Numbered from the whole stretch's first letter, positions 1 to 16,449 are shown. The stretch is 63,890 nt of DNA, filler included, from 17 parts of 17 records of this genome joined end to end with filler, not necessarily neighbours in it, one strand, 5' to 3'. Notes: generated from the sequence alone by a model not told the origin. Program-made: numbers and translations.

Positions 1-1243
1 TTTGCCGAACAAAGCCTTGCTGATGGAGATGCTGGAGCAGGTTGTCGCGCGTAAACAAACCACCGCGCTGATGATCATCACCTGTGAAACCCTGCGTGAT
101 ACTGCGGGCGTGCTGAAAGAGGCGCAACGAGAAATTCTGCTGCTGACGCTGGTGGAAAAACTCAAATCGGTACTGTCGCCACGTATGATCCTCGCGCAGA
201 TTAGCGGTTATGACTTTGCTGTCATTGCCAACGGTGTACAGGAACCGTGGCACGCAATCACCTTAGGTCAGCAAGTGCTCACTATCATGAGCGAGCGCCT
301 GCCGATTGAACGTATTCAACTCCGTCCGCACTGTAGCATTGGCGTGGCGATGTTCTACGGCGATCTCACCGCCGAACAGCTTTACAGTCGCGCTATTTCT
401 GCGGCATTTACCGCTCGCCATAAAGGCAAAAATCAGATTCAGTTCTTTGATCCGCAGCAGATGGAAGCCGCCCAGAAGCGGTTGACGGAAGAGAGCGATA
501 TCCTTAATGCACTGGAAAATCATCAGTTTGCTATTTGGTTACAGCCACAGGTCGAGATGACCAGCGGTAAACTGGTCAGTGCGGAAGTGTTACTGCGTAT
601 CCAGCAACCGGATGGCAGTTGGGACCTGCCGGATGGCTTAATCGATCGCATTGAGTGCTGTGGGCTGATGGTTACCGTCGGTCACTGGGTGCTGGAAGAG
701 TCCTGTCGATTGCTTGCAGCCTGGCAAGAGCGCGGCATTATGCTGCCCTTGTCGGTAAACCTCTCTGCGCTGCAACTGATGCACCCGAATATGGTGGCGG
801 ATATGCTGGAACTGTTAACCCGCTATCGCATTCAGCCGGGAACACTGATTCTGGAAGTGACAGAAAGCCGACGTATTGACGACCCTCATGCTGCGGTGGC
901 AATCCTCCGTCCGCTGCGCAATGCCGGAGTTCGGGTGGCGCTGGATGATTTCGGCATGGGCTACGCAGGGCTGCGTCAGCTGCAGCATATGAAATCGTTG
1001 CCAATCGACGTACTGAAAATCGACAAAATGTTTGTTGAAGGCTTGCCGGGAGATAGCAGCATGATTGCTGCAATTATCATGCTGGCGCAGAGCCTGAACT
1101 TACAAATGATTGCCGAAGGCGTGGAGACTGAAGCACAACGCGACTGGCTGGCAAAAGCGGGCGTTGGTATTGCCCAGGGCTTCCTTTTTGCTCGCCCACT
1201 CCCTATTGAAATCTTCGAAGAGAGTTACCTGGAAGAAAAGTAG
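1..1243 (+). CDS. pdeK: c-di-GMP phosphodiesterase (degenerate GGDEF + EAL), 5'-truncated
   Basis: SGYDF degenerate [18 protein letters not shown] motifs; lies upstream of dctA as in E. coli (yhjK). Confidence 0.93.
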
Positions 1244-1285
1244 CTACCCCAAACTGATTACAAAACTTTAAAAAGTGCTGGTTTG

Positions 1286-1301
1286 TGCGAGCCAGCTCAA
1301 A
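1286..1301 (+). promoter_or_regulatory. probable CRP site upstream of dctA
   Basis: TGCGA-N6-TCAAA resembles TGTGA-N6-TCACA; dctA is CRP-activated. Confidence 0.55.
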
Positions 1302-1389
1302 CTTTTTAACCTTTTTGTTTCAATTATGATCCAGGTACATTTCTGTGATGTTGTCTGGGTGTTATTTTAAGGCCGCAGGTACCCCATAA

Positions 1390-2149
<760 letters not shown>

Positions 2150-2249
2150 NNNNNNNNNNNNNNNNNNNNNNNNNNNNNNNNNNNNNNNNNNNNTTAATTA
2201 ATTAANNNNNNNNNNNNNNNNNNNNNNNNNNNNNNNNNNNNNNNNNNNN
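2150..2249. other. artificial contig-joining spacer (first of 16)
   Basis: 44N+TTAATTAATTAA+44N; repeated at 5751, 17848, 21693, 24220, 26790, 29166, 34471, 37366, 42972, 45936, 49438, 53705, 55909, 59092, 61214 (each 100 nt). Confidence 0.99.
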
Positions 2250-2280
2250 GGATAAGATGCGTCAGCATCGCATCCGGCAG
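2250..2280. repeat. REP element (partial) downstream of lspA
   Basis: GGATAAGATGCGTCAGCATCGCATCCGGCA, REP-type palindrome. Confidence 0.8.
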
Positions 2281-2286
2281 GGTTTA

Positions 2287-2781
2287 TTATTGTTTTTTCG
2301 CTCTAGAAGGCAAAAAACCTTCCAGCACAATCAGTGCCGCACCGACACAGATGGCAGTATCGGCAAGGTTGAAGGTGGCGAAGTGCCAGTCGCCGACGTA
2401 GAAGTCGATCATATCGACAACGAAGCCGTGCCACAGGCGGTCGAACAGGTTGCCCAGCGCGCCGCCAATAATCAGCGCGTAAGCGATATTGTTTAGCTTC
2501 TGCGTGGCCTTCGAGCGATACATCATCACTGCCAGGATCACGCTAATACCAATCGCAATACCGGCAAAGAACCAACGCTGCCAGCCGCCGCTATCGGCAA
2601 GGAAACTAAACGCCGCGCCATAGTTACGCGCATAATGCAGATTAAGCGACGGGAACAGCGGGACCGTATCCCCCAGAGCAAAGTTCTGGAGGATCAGGTA
2701 TTTGCTGCCCAGATCGATAATCAGCACGACTACCACCAGCCACAGCCAGCGTAGCCCTGTTGAACAGATCGATTGACTCAT
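2287..2781 (-). CDS. lspA: lipoprotein signal peptidase II
   Basis: 164 aa; [21 protein letters not shown] motifs. Confidence 0.98.
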   Translation of the reverse strand: MSQSICSTGLRWLWLVVVVLIIDLGSKYLILQNFALGDTVPLFPSLNLHYARNYGAAFSFLADSGGWQRWFFAGIAIGISVILAVMMYRSKATQKLNNIAYALIIGGALGNLFDRLWHGFVVDMIDFYVGDWHFATFNLADTAICVGAALIVLEGFLPSRAKKQ

Positions 2782-5598
2782 CAGGCAAACTTACGTTTTT
2801 CACCGTCACCGGCGACGTTGCTGACACAGCGGCCGCAGATTTCTGCGTGTTCCGCCACCTTGCCGACATCCTGGGTGTAGTGCCAGCAGCGTGGGCACTT
2901 CTCACCTTCGGCTTTACTCAACGCGACTTTCAGCCCTTTGAGTACTTCGCTCTGCTGAGCATCAGCAGGTGCGTCGTTATAGTCTGCAACGGTAGCGCCG
3001 GAGGTCAACAGGACAAATCGTAATTCATCGCCCAGCGCGGTCAGTTTCGCCGACAGTTCCGGTTCTGCATACAAGGTTACTGCCGCTTCCAGCGAGCCAC
3101 CCACTTTCTTGTCGGCACGCGCTTGCTCAATGACTTTGTTCACTTCGCCACGCACTTTCAACAGCTCGTCCCAGAACGCATCGTTCATCGCTTCACTGTC
3201 TGCCAGGCCAAACAGGCCTTCGTACCACTCACCGGTGAAGACGTATTTTTCACGTTCGCCCGGCAGGTAGCCCCACACTTCATCAGCGGTGAAGGAGAGG
3301 ATTGGTGCCATCCAGCGCACCAGCGCTTCTGCGATGTGATATAGCGCAGTCTGGCAGCTACGACGCGCCACACTGTCCGCTTTGGCGGTGTACTGACGGT
3401 CTTTGATGATGTCGAGGTAGAAGGAACCCATCTCAACGGAGCAGAAGCGCATCAGACGCTGTACCACTTCGTGGAAATCGTATGCTTCGTACGCCTTGAG
3501 GATGTCTTCCTGTGCCGCTTTCGCACAACCTACGGCCCAGCGATCCAGTACCACCATCTCTTCCGGTTTCACCATATCTTTTGCTGGATCAAAACCGTTC
3601 AGGTTTGCCAGCAGGAAGCGCGCGGTGTTACGGATACGACGATAGCTATCGGCAGCACGTTTCAGGATCTCGTCAGAAACGGCCATTTCACCGGTGTAGT
3701 CGGTTGATGCCACCCACAGACGCAGAATATCCGCGCCCAGTTTGTTCATCACATCCTGCGGCGAAACGGTATTGCCGATGGATTTAGACATCTTGCGGCC
3801 CTGACCATCCACGGTAAAGCCGTGGGTCAGTACCTGACGATACGGCGCTTTACCCTTCATCGCGGTGGAGATCATTAGGGAAGACATGAACCAGCCGCGG
3901 TGTTGGTCAGAACCTTCCAGATACATGTCCGCTGCGTGACCGGCAAATTCCGGACGCACGTCAACAACAGAAGAGTGGGTAGATCCGGAGTCAAACCATA
4001 CATCCAATGTGTCCGGCACTTTCACGTACTGATCAGCTTCGTCGCCGAGGATCTCTTTCGCATCGAGATCCCACCACGCCTGGATGCCATCGACTTCAAC
4101 GCGTTTTGCCACTTCTTCCATCAGTTCAAGGGTACGCGGATGCAGCTCTTCCGTGTCTTTGTGCACGAACAGTGACATCGGTACACCCCAGGTGCGCTGA
4201 CGGGAGATACACCAGTCAGGACGGTTAGCAACCATCGACTCGATACGCGCCTGGCCCCAGTCCGGGATCCACTGCACGCCTTTGATCTCTTTCAGTGACT
4301 GCGCACGCAGACCTTTCTGATCCATGCTGACGAACCACTGCGGCGTCGCGCGGAAGATGATCGGCGTTTTGTGACGCCAGCAGCACGGATAGCTGTGCTG
4401 CATTTTCTCAACGTGCAGCAGCGCGCCTTTTTCCTGCAGCAGCGCAACGACGATGTCGTTCGCTTTGAAGACGTTCACGCCATCCAACGTCGGATAAGTG
4501 CCCGGCAGATAAGTGCCGTCCGGGCCAACCGGGTTAGCGGTTTCCAGGCCGTATTTCTGACCGATCACATAGTCGTCCGGGCCGTGGCCAGGCGCGGTGT
4601 GAACGGCACCGGTACCGGCATCCAGGGTAACGTGATCGCCGAGGATTGCCGGAACGTCGAAGCCCATAAACGGATGGGTAAAGCGCAGCAGCTCAAGCTC
4701 CGCACCTTTTACCGTGCCGAGAATGGTGTAATCGGTCACGCCGATACGCTGCATTACGCTTTCAACCAGATCTTTCGCCAGAATCACGGCCTGACCGTCG
4801 ATCTGCACCAGCGCATAGTCGAAATCTGGTGCAATAGAGATTGCGCGGTTGGCAGGCAGAGTCCACGGCGTGGTGGTCCAGATTACCAGCGAGATTGGGC
4901 CGTTAACGTTGCTTACGGCAAATTTTGCTTTCAGTGCATCCTGATCGACTGCCTGGAAAGCAACGTCGATGGACGGAGAAGTTTTGTCGTAATACTCAAC
5001 TTCCGCTTCCGCCAGCGCAGAACGGCAGTCAACGCACCAGTGAACTGGCTTCGCGCCTTTGTGCAGGTGACCGTTGCCGATGATTTTGCCCAGCGCGCGG
5101 ATGATGTTGGCTTCAGTTTTGAAGTCCATGGTCAGGTACGGGTGCGACCAGTCGCCCAGCACGCCCAGACGGATAAAGTCTTTGCGTTGACCGTCAACCT
5201 GGGTCGCCGCGTATTCGCGGCACTTGGCGCGGAACTCGGCGGCGGTGAATTTCTCACCCGGCTTACCGTATTCTTGCTCGACTTTCAGCTCGATCGGCAG
5301 ACCGTGGCAGTCCCAGCCAGGCACATACGGCGAGTCATAACCGGAAAGCCCTTTGGACTTCACGATAATGTCTTTCAGAATCTTGTTAACCGAGTGACCA
5401 ATATGAATGCTGCCATTCGCATAAGGAGGGCCATCATGCAGAATGAAGGTTTTTTTGCCTTTTTTTAGCCGCACGGATGATGCCGTACAGATCATCATCA
5501 GTCCAACGCGCCAGCATTCCGGGTTCGCGCTTGGCGAGATCGCCACGCATCGGGAACCCTGTTTCCGGCAAATTCAGGGTTGATTTATAGTCACTCAT
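2781..5598 (-). CDS. ileS: isoleucyl-tRNA synthetase; +1 frameshift in an A-run at 5460-5466 (probable sequencing error)
   Basis: HIGH and KMSKS motifs; true start [15 protein letters not shown] at 5598 is out of frame with the long ORF. Confidence 0.97.
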
Positions 5599-5640
5599 CA
5601 GATTCTCGGTTCCGTATTTCGGTTTGATTACATAACAGGC

Positions 5641-5750
5641 TTAAGCCGGTTTTGTTAGCCCAAAAAATTCGCGGGCGGTTAATTCATCACGCGCAATCTG
5701 CGCTTTCAGTTCGTCCAGCGACGCAAATCGCTGCTCATTGCGTATTTTTT
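5641..5750 (-). CDS. ribF: riboflavin kinase/FAD synthetase, 3' end only
   Basis: C-terminus ...RNEQRFASLDELKAQIARDELTAREFFGLTKPA*; directly upstream of ileS. Confidence 0.9.
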
Positions 5751-5884
5751 NNNNNNNNNNNNNNNNNNNNNNNNNNNNNNNNNNNNNNNNNNNNTTAATT
5801 AATTAANNNNNNNNNNNNNNNNNNNNNNNNNNNNNNNNNNNNNNNNNNNNATGGTCGCGTTTTTACGTCTCGTTGAATAACGAA

Positions 5885-6346
<462 letters not shown>

Positions 6347-6375
6347 TCAAAGTCGTATTAATGGACCGTGACCGA

Positions 6376-6922
<547 letters not shown>

Positions 6923-6928
6923 CAGAAA

Positions 6929-7395
<467 letters not shown>

Positions 7396-7650
7396 TAAAG
7401 GTCGGCTGAAAAATGACGCGTTATAGTACTTGTATGCCTCGCTAAACTCAAGGGCAGAGCCGAAATAAATCTCCCCTTTCGCAATTAACCTCTAACACGC
7501 TGATTTGAAGTTCATCACACTTCATCATGGTGTTTTTTTGAACAACTGCATCAGAAATGGTCACCATCAACTTCTTTATCATTGATTAAAATTAAATCAG
7601 AAGATCATCACAGAGGAGAGCACACAAAGTCAGCCGTCGAGGAGGTATCT

Positions 7651-7926
7651 ATGTTCAGTCGTGTTTTAGCCCTTCTGGCTGTGCTTTTGCTAAGTGCAAA
7701 TACATGGGCAGCCATTGAAATTAATAACCACCAGGCCAGAAATATGGACGATGTGCAAAGCTTAGGCGTGATTTATATCAATCATAATTTCGCCACTGAA
7801 AGCGAAGCACGTCAGGCATTAAATGAAGAAACAGATGCGCAAGGCGCAACGTACTACCACGTAATTCTGATGCGGGAACCGGGGAGTAACGGCAATATGC
7901 ACGCCAGCGCGGATATTTATCGCTAG
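7651..7926 (+). CDS. yjfY: DUF1471 (YdgH/BhsA/McbA-like) periplasmic protein
   Basis: GGAGG SD, signal peptide, A-x-x-Y-H-V...A-x-I-Y C-terminus; synteny. Confidence 0.9.
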   Translation: MFSRVLALLAVLLLSANTWAAIEINNHQARNMDDVQSLGVIYINHNFATESEARQALNEETDAQGATYYHVILMREPGSNGNMHASADIYR

Positions 7927-7965
7927 CACCAGGTATAACCAACGAAACATTGCCATAGTTTGCTT

Positions 7966-7992
7966 TGCCCCCTTCGCAGGGGGCTTTTTTTT
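7966..7992 (+). terminator. intrinsic terminator after yjfY
   Basis: GCCCCC-TTCGCA-GGGGGC hairpin + T-tract. Confidence 0.8.
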
Positions 7993-8055
7993 GAAAAACG
8001 GCTGCGGAATTAGACCAGTTATCTCCCGAGGAAGGAAATTTCCGCAGCGCGTGTT

Positions 8056-8742
8056 CTACTTCTGCCCGTAATAAGCGTTAGGACCGTGTTTACGCATGAA
8101 GTGTTTATTCATCAGGAAGCTGTCGATGTGATTGAGTTGTGGGTTAATGCCGCGGGCAATCCACGCCATTTTCGCCACTTCTTCCATCACCACCGCGTTA
8201 TGCACCGCATCGTGAGCATCTTTCCCCCAGGCGAACGGCCCGTGCTGATACACCACAATTCCCGGCGTATGCAGCGGCTCGGCGTTGCCCAGCGTTTCGA
8301 TAATCACTTTGCCGGTGTTCAGTTCATACTCGCCCTGCACCTCTTCTTCGCTTAACCCGCGCGTACACGGAATGTCGCCAAAGAAGTAGTCGGCGTGCGT
8401 GGTGCCTAACGCCGGGATCGCCAGCCCCGCCTGCGCCCATGCGGTGGCATGAGTGGAGTGGGTATGGACAATGCCACCAAGCGACGGGTAACGACGGTAG
8501 AGTTCGAGATGCGTCGCAGTGTCGGAAGATGGGCGATACTCCCCTTCCACCACCTTGCCGCTCATATCAACCACCACCATATCGGCCGCTTTCATGGTTT
8601 CGTAGGCAACGCCGCTGGGCTTGATCACCACCAGCCCGCGTTCGCGGTCGATAGCGCTGACGTTGCCCCAGGTAAAGGTCACCAGCCCGTAGCGCGGCAG
8701 CTCCATGTTGGCTTCAAATACCTGCTGTTTTAGCTTTTGCAT
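8056..8742 (-). CDS. ulaF: L-ribulose-5-phosphate 4-epimerase
   Basis: AraD family: TWGNVS, PSSD, HTHS; 228 aa. Confidence 0.96.
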   Translation of the reverse strand: MQKLKQQVFEANMELPRYGLVTFTWGNVSAIDRERGLVVIKPSGVAYETMKAADMVVVDMSGKVVEGEYRPSSDTATHLELYRRYPSLGGIVHTHSTHATAWAQAGLAIPALGTTHADYFFGDIPCTRGLSEEEVQGEYELNTGKVIIETLGNAEPLHTPGIVVYQHGPFAWGKDAHDAVHNAVVMEEVAKMAWIARGINPQLNHIDSFLMNKHFMRKHGPNAYYGQK

Positions 8743-9596
8743 TATGCCGCCTCCACCATGCCCGCTTTCGCCATGCGCGCTTTCACCCAATCACGCGCTT
8801 TCGCCACTTCTGCCGCCGGGTCTTCCGCCGTTTCGCTCCACATCTCAATCAGGTACGGCCCGCAATAGCCACTCTGTTTGAGCGTTTCGAAACAACGTTC
8901 GAAATCCACTACACCTTCGCCAAACGGCACGTTTTTGAAGACGCCAGGTTTGGTGTCTTTCACATGTACCGCGACGATATGCCCGATTCCGGCCTGCAAC
9001 TCCATCTGCACATCGTTGTCCCACGCCGACAGGTTGCCGATATCCGGGTAGAGCTGGAACCACGGATTGTTGAGATAGTGCGCGTATCCCAGCGCCTTGC
9101 TGATGGAGCTCATCAACGGATAATCCATGATCTCCATCGCCAGCGTCACCTGCGCGCGGCTTGCCATCTCAACGCTCTCTTTCAGGCCGTCACGGAAACG
9201 ACGACGCGTTTCGTTATTGGCTTCCTGATAGTAAACGTCATAGCCCGCCAGCTGGATCACGCGAATACCGACATCCTGGGCGAACTGGATAGCTTTACGC
9301 ATAATCTCCAGCCCCTGCGCCCGCACCGCGTCATCTTCACTGCCCAGCGGGAAACGACGATGAGCAGAAAGGCACATGGACGGCACGCGCACGCCGGTTT
9401 CAACAATCGCATTGACCAGCGCCAGACGCTGCTCGCGGCTCCAGTTGAGGCGCGACAGGCGATCGTCAGTTTCATCTACCGACATTTCGACAAAATCGAA
9501 GCCTAACGTTTTTGCCAGTTGCAGGCGTTCCAGCCAGCACTCCCCGGCGGGGAGCGCTTTTTCATAGATGCCAAGCGGGATTTGTTTGGACAACAT
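8742..9596 (-). CDS. ulaE: L-ribulose-5-phosphate 3-epimerase
   Basis: [16 protein letters not shown] motifs. Confidence 0.96.
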   Translation of the reverse strand: MLSKQIPLGIYEKALPAGECWLERLQLAKTLGFDFVEMSVDETDDRLSRLNWSREQRLALVNAIVETGVRVPSMCLSAHRRFPLGSEDDAVRAQGLEIMRKAIQFAQDVGIRVIQLAGYDVYYQEANNETRRRFRDGLKESVEMASRAQVTLAMEIMDYPLMSSISKALGYAHYLNNPWFQLYPDIGNLSAWDNDVQMELQAGIGHIVAVHVKDTKPGVFKNVPFGEGVVDFERCFETLKQSGYCGPYLIEMWSETAEDPAAEVAKARDWVKARMAKAGMVEAA

Positions 9597-9605
9597 ATCC
9601 GCTCC

Positions 9606-10256
9606 TTAGCCCCACAGTTCAGCGATGGAACGTTTGAACTGACGTGCGGCTTCCACCGGAGAAGCGGCATCACGGATACTACGGCCCGCGATAAAGACGT
9701 GAATCGGAATACCCTTGAACAGCGGCAGATCTTCCAGCGCCAGGCCTCCGGTGACGGTGACTTTGAAGCCCATATCGGAAAGACGTTTGATCGCGGTGAT
9801 GTCCGCTTCGCCCCACGCCACGCCTGCGGCCTGCGCGTCACGGCTGCGGTGATAAACCACCTGCCCAATGCCTGCATCGCGCCACTGTTGCGCCTGTTCC
9901 CAGGTCCAGTAACCGGTCAGTTCGATCTGCACGTCGCCGTTAAACTCTTTTGCCACGTCCAGCGCGCCTTTGGCGGTGTTGATATCCGCACAGCAAATTA
10001 CCGTCACCCAGTCAGCGTTGGCTTCGAAGCACATACGCGAAAGGATTTTGCCTGCATCGGCAATTTTGGCGTCTGCCAGTACGATTTTGTGCGGGTAGAG
10101 CGCTTTCAGGTCACGAACCGCACGCACGCCTTCGCCCACGCACAGAATGGTGCCCACTTCGATAATGTCGACTTCTTCGGCAATCAGGCGAGTGGTTTCG
10201 TAGGCGCTATCCATAGTCTGGTTGTCCAGCGCGACTTGCAACATCGGTAATGACAT
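9606..10256 (-). CDS. ulaD: 3-keto-L-gulonate-6-phosphate decarboxylase
   Basis: [21 protein letters not shown]; 216 aa. Confidence 0.96.
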   Translation of the reverse strand: MSLPMLQVALDNQTMDSAYETTRLIAEEVDIIEVGTILCVGEGVRAVRDLKALYPHKIVLADAKIADAGKILSRMCFEANADWVTVICCADINTAKGALDVAKEFNGDVQIELTGYWTWEQAQQWRDAGIGQVVYHRSRDAQAAGVAWGEADITAIKRLSDMGFKVTVTGGLALEDLPLFKGIPIHVFIAGRSIRDAASPVEAARQFKRSIAELWG

Positions 10257-10269
10257 GTTCAATTCCTTC

Positions 10270-10734
10270 TTAAGCTGCCGCGTTGGTGCGGTCAATGAGA
10301 TCCAGTACTTCCTGCTCGGTACGGCAGGCGCGTAAACGGTCAAAATTCTCTTCATCTTCAAACAGGTTGACGATCTGCATGATGCCCACTTCCTGGTGAG
10401 TATTGGCATCGACCGCCGCCATGGTGATGAGGATATCCACCGGATCGTTGTCATCGTGGTTGAACTCCAGCGGCTTTTTCAGCGTTACCAGAGAGAAACC
10501 GGTTTTCTTAACGCCCTCTTCCGGACGCCCGTGCGGCATTGCCAGGCCCGGAGCGATAACGAAATAAGGACCGAACTGTTCAACGCCATCCAGAATCGCC
10601 TGGTAGTAACGCGGCTCTACCACATCTGCCGCCACCAGCAGGTCAACGCCGATTTTCACCGCTTCCTGCCATGTCTCTGCTTCAGCCTGCAGGCGGATGG
10701 ATTTATTTTCCGCCAGCGAATCACGTAATTTCAT
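10270..10734 (-). CDS. ulaC: ascorbate PTS EIIA
   Basis: AMPHGRP phospho-His motif. Confidence 0.96.
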   Translation of the reverse strand: MKLRDSLAENKSIRLQAEAETWQEAVKIGVDLLVAADVVEPRYYQAILDGVEQFGPYFVIAPGLAMPHGRPEEGVKKTGFSLVTLKKPLEFNHDDNDPVDILITMAAVDANTHQEVGIMQIVNLFEDEENFDRLRACRTEQEVLDLIDRTNAAA

Positions 10735-10743
10735 GGCGCGTCC

Positions 10744-11049
10744 TTACTTCACATCCTGCGGGAAATGCTCTTTGATCACTTCCAGCAGTTTCGGGCCAAA
10801 GTCGGCAGGAGAGAGCATGTTGCGCACGCCAACCACGTATTTGTTGCCGGTCACGGTGATTTCGCCCGCAATGTGCGTAGAAGCGATGATGATATCCGCG
10901 CCACTCAACTCGCTTTTGTACTCGCCAACCGCGCAGCTGTTTACCGTATGGTCAATGTTTGATTGGGTTAAAAACTGGTCCACTTTCATCTTCATGATCA
11001 TGGAACTGCCTTGTCCGTTGCCACACACAGCCAGAATACGTACGGTCAT
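10744..11049 (-). CDS. ulaB: ascorbate PTS EIIB
   Basis: VCGNGQGSS motif; 101 aa. Confidence 0.96.
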
Positions 11050-11064
11050 AATCAAAACTCCTTA

Positions 11065-12519
<1,455 letters not shown>

Positions 12520-12567
12520 TCACTCTAATTTTCAAAAGTAATCACAACAAGATTATTTATGATTAAA

Positions 12568-12583
12568 TGTGACGCGACCCGCA
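12568..12583. promoter_or_regulatory. probable CRP site in the divergent ulaA-ulaG promoter region
   Basis: TGTGA-N6-CCGCA in an AT-rich intergenic region. Confidence 0.5.
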
Positions 12584-12816
12584 AATAATTCCACATGGAT
12601 AGAGTGGGATTCACACAACGAAACAATTATCCATTTAAATTCATTTAGTTAATTGAATTACACATTCCATTAAATCTTTCCATACTCAAAATCAACAACA
12701 ACTTCCCTGGCAAAAAGTCAAAAAATGGTCATTGCCTTCCTGAAAAAATAGTGTCAGGATTAATCAAAACCAATCACATATTGATTCGAATTGAACTATC
12801 ATGAAGGTAAATGGCG

Positions 12817-13881
12817 ATGAGTAAAGTGAAAAGTATCACCCGTGAATCCTGGATCCTGAGCACTTTCCCGGAGTGGGGTAGCTGGTTGAATGAAGAAATT
12901 GAACAAGAACAGGTCGCTCCTGGCACATTTGCGATGTGGTGGCTTGGCTGCACCGGGATCTGGTTGAAATCGGAAGGTGGCACCAACGTTTGCGTTGATT
13001 TCTGGTGCGGCACTGGCAAACAAAGTCACGGTAACCCGTTAATGAAACAGGGTCACCAGATGCAGCGCATGGCTGGCGTGAAAAAACTGCAGCCAAACCT
13101 GCGTACCACCCCGTTTGTTCTTGATCCGTTTGCGATTCGCCAGATCGACGCGGTACTGGCGACTCACGATCACAACGATCATATCGACGTTAACGTCGCT
13201 GCTGCCGTGATGCAGAATTGTGCAGATGACGTACCGTTTATCGGACCGAAAACCTGTGTGGATTTGTGGATTGGCTGGGGCGTACCGAAAGAGCGTTGCA
13301 TCGTGGTCAAACCGGGCGATGTAGTAAAAGTGAAAGACATTGAAATTCATGCGCTTGATGCTTTCGACCGTACTGCACTGATCACCCTGCCTGCCGATCA
13401 AAAAGCGGCTGGCGTACTGCCAGATGGCATGGACGATCGCGCGGTGAACTACCTGTTCAAAACGCCTGGCGGCTCCCTGTATCACAGCGGCGACTCCCAC
13501 TACTCTAACTATTATGCGAAGCACGGTAACGAACATCAGATCGACGTGGCGTTAGGATCGTACGGCGAAAACCCGCGCGATATCACCGACAAAATGACCA
13601 GCGCCGATATGCTGCGTATGGGTGAAGCGCTGAATGCGAAAGTAGTGATCCCGTTCCACCACGATATCTGGTCAAACTTCCAGGCCGATCCGCAAGAGAT
13701 CCGCGTGCTGTGGGAGATGAAAAAAGATCGCCTGAAGTATGGCTTCAAGCCGTTTATCTGGCAGGTGGGTGGCAAATTTACCTGGCCGCTGGATAAAGAC
13801 AACTTCGAGTACCACTATCCGCGCGGTTTCGATGATTGCTTCACTATTGAACCGGATCTGCCGTTCAAGTCATTCCTGTAA
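12817..13881 (+). CDS. ulaG: L-ascorbate-6-phosphate lactonase
   Basis: metallo-beta-lactamase THDHNDH motif; 354 aa. Confidence 0.96.
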   Translation: MSKVKSITRESWILSTFPEWGSWLNEEIEQEQVAPGTFAMWWLGCTGIWLKSEGGTNVCVDFWCGTGKQSHGNPLMKQGHQMQRMAGVKKLQPNLRTTPFVLDPFAIRQIDAVLATHDHNDHIDVNVAAAVMQNCADDVPFIGPKTCVDLWIGWGVPKERCIVVKPGDVVKVKDIEIHALDAFDRTALITLPADQKAAGVLPDGMDDRAVNYLFKTPGGSLYHSGDSHYSNYYAKHGNEHQIDVALGSYGENPRDITDKMTSADMLRMGEALNAKVVIPFHHDIWSNFQADPQEIRVLWEMKKDRLKYGFKPFIWQVGGKFTWPLDKDNFEYHYPRGFDDCFTIEPDLPFKSFL

Positions 13882-13988
13882 TCTGTCGTTTATACCGGGT
13901 AGCGTGGAGAAGTTCGCGCTATCCGGCGTAGTATTTCCTGGCTATTTCAAATATCATCTAAAAAAATCAAATTTTATCGGAATAGCTC

Positions 13989-14744
13989 ATGACTGAAGCA
14001 CAAAGACATCAAATCCTCCTGGAAATGCTCGCACAATTGGGCTTTGTGACCGTTGAGAAAGTCGTTGAGCGTCTGGGAATTTCGCCTGCCACTGCGCGAC
14101 GCGATATCAATAAACTTGACGAAAGCGGCAAACTGAAAAAAGTGCGCAATGGCGCAGAAGCTATTACCCAACAGCGCCCGCGCTGGACGCCGATGAATCT
14201 GCATCAGGCGCAGAATCACGATGAAAAAGTACGTATCGCTAAAGCGGCCTCGCAGCTGGTTAATCCGGGCGAAAGCGTAGTCATCAACTGCGGCTCCACC
14301 GCGTTTCTGCTTGGGCGGGAAATGTGTGGCAAGCCAGTGCAAATCATCACTAATTATCTACCGCTGGCAAATTACCTGATCGATCAAGAACATGACAGCG
14401 TGATCATTATGGGCGGACAGTACAACAAAAGTCAGTCCATCACTTTAAGCCCGCAGGGCAGCGAAAACAGTCTCTATGCCGGGCACTGGATGTTTACCAG
14501 CGGAAAAGGGCTGACCGCAGAAGGGTTGTATAAAACCGATATGCTGACAGCAATGGCAGAGCAGAAGATGCTGAGCGTGGTAGGGAAACTGGTGGTACTG
14601 GTTGATAGCAGTAAGATTGGCGAACGCGCGGGAATGCTTTTTAGCCGTGCCGATCAAATCGATATGCTTATCACCGGCAAAAATGCTAACCCGGAAATCC
14701 TGCAACAACTGGAAGCGCAAGGGGTCAGCATTCTGCGTGTTTAA
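13989..14744 (+). CDS. ulaR: DeoR-family repressor of the ula regulon
   Basis: SPATARRDI helix-turn-helix. Confidence 0.96.
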
Positions 14745-15490
14745 AGATGCTGGCGGAAAAATGTCACGGCAGCATCTAACGCCTCAGGCGTAATGCGGTG
14801 ACGCACGCCTGGCTGCCATGAACAGGTTAGCAGTTTATCCCGTCCCGTCTCGCTTAAGGCCTGCTGCAAACGTAGTGATTCGTCGGCAGGCACAACGTCA
14901 TCGTCGAGGCCATGCCACAGCAGTAGAGGTCTGTCACTAAGTTGTTCCAGGTGGTTTGTCGCTTCCCACTCTGCCAGTGGCGCGACAATGTTATTGAATT
15001 CATTCTGCTGTGCTGCCGTTTCAGGTATCAGCGGTGGAAACAGTGAACGGGCGAGTGATGTAAAATAGCCCGATCCCATCATGCTGGCGGTACATCTCAC
15101 CGTGGGGTGGCGAGCGGTAATCCCCAGTGCCGTCATCGCGCCCATCGACGCGCCACCGACTGCCAGACGGTCATCAAGCAGCCAGTTTTCTTCGGCTATT
15201 GCCGCACGTAAAGTAGTGAATTCCTGCATACTTTGTAGCAAGATTTGCCAGAATTGATTTAACCGCCGCGCTGCGTCACCACTAAAACGGCTACCGTGAT
15301 CGGGCGCATCCGGCATGATCACCCGCAAACCAGCCTGCGCCAGCGCAACGGCAAAATAGCTATACACCAGACTGGATGAAGTAAAGCCGTGATAAAAAAT
15401 TACGCACGGTAACGGGGTATCTTTTTGCCCGACAGGATAAGCATGAAGAACGGGAATATCTGCCAGCTCGCGTGATTCTATTTCAATCAT
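14741..15490 (-). CDS. yjfP: esterase (alpha/beta hydrolase)
   Basis: GASMG nucleophile elbow, HG-x-x-D-D-V-V. Confidence 0.93.
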
Positions 15491-15671
15491 CTGTCTCTCC
15501 TTTTTGTCTGGTATGACATGAAGAAATCCTTAGCACAAGTTTCTGCTGGCGGTATTAGTTCATAATGTTGAGATGTGGGTTACGCTTTCGTCACGTTTTC
15601 ATTCGAAAATCGCGTACCAGGTAACAATTCGGGAACATTCCCCCAAAGTTAAATTAATAAGGCACTACACT

Positions 15672-16001
15672 ATGGTTAGCAGGAAACGTAATAGCGTTAT
15701 TTACCGGTTTGCCAGTTTATTATTGGTGTTGATGTTAAGTGCCTGTAGCGCACTGCAAGGTACGCCACAGCCAGCACCGCCAGTAACGGACCATCCGCAA
15801 GAGATTCGCCGCGACCAGACGCAAGGGTTACAGCGAATAGGTAGCGTAAGCACGATGGTTCGGGGTTCTCCGGATGACGCATTAGCAGAAATCAAAGCGA
15901 AAGCTGTCGCTGCAAAAGCTGATTATTACGTTGTCGTCATGGTGGACGAAACCATCGTGACAGGACAGTGGTATTCACAAGCCATTTTGTACCGTAAATA
16001 A
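15672..16001 (+). CDS. bsmA: DUF1471 lipoprotein BsmA
   Basis: LSAC lipobox; 109 aa; synteny (yjfO). Confidence 0.9.
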   Translation: MVSRKRNSVIYRFASLLLVLMLSACSALQGTPQPAPPVTDHPQEIRRDQTQGLQRIGSVSTMVRGSPDDALAEIKAKAVAAKADYYVVVMVDETIVTGQWYSQAILYRK

Positions 16002-16149
16002 ATCAGACAACTTACATAGTCAGCTTTACATTGCTTTGCGTCCCTATGCGTTTACCTGTGCACAATAAATTACCGGCTGGAAGCCTGGGCGTTTATTACC
16101 GCGATGGAATGCCCTGCAACATGTGGGGAAACGAAAAATGGAGCTGACG

Positions 16150-16425
16150 ATGAAACAATTACTTGCCTCACCCTCGCTGCAATTAGTGACTTATCCTGCG
16201 AGCGCCACGGCACAGTCTGCAGAATTCGCCAGTGCTGACTGCGTGACGGGCCTGAATGAAATAGGTCAGATCTCAGTTAGCAATATTTCAGGGGATCCGC
16301 AGGACGTGGAACGTATCGTGGCGTTAAAGGCCGATGAACAAGGTGCGTCATGGTACCGCATTATTACCATGTACGAAGACCAGCAGCCTGATAACTGGCG
16401 CGTACAGGCGATACTGTATGCATGA
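16150..16425 (+). CDS. yjfN: DUF1471 protein
   Basis: KADEQGASWYRI...AILY; synteny. Confidence 0.88.
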   Translation: MKQLLASPSLQLVTYPASATAQSAEFASADCVTGLNEIGQISVSNISGDPQDVERIVALKADEQGASWYRIITMYEDQQPDNWRVQAILYA

Positions 16426-16449
16426 GTGTCATCTACAGCAAATGAACAA

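Noticed and set aside
2194-2205. Recurrent TTAATTAATTAA as a CRISPR-like repeat, att site or biological palindrome
   Set aside because: Always centred in exactly 88 Ns; it is a six-frame-stop assembly spacer, and the ...LIN ORF endings are artefacts of it.
5460-5466. Programmed ribosomal frameshifting or pseudogenisation of ileS
   Set aside because: Essential gene; the same homopolymer-length error type recurs in priA and pheS.
4371-5468. Long antisense ORFs (also 21737-23032, 23227-24093, 52318-53499)
   Set aside because: Shadow frames of strongly codon-biased genes (ileS, purH, purD, icd) with no recognisable motifs.
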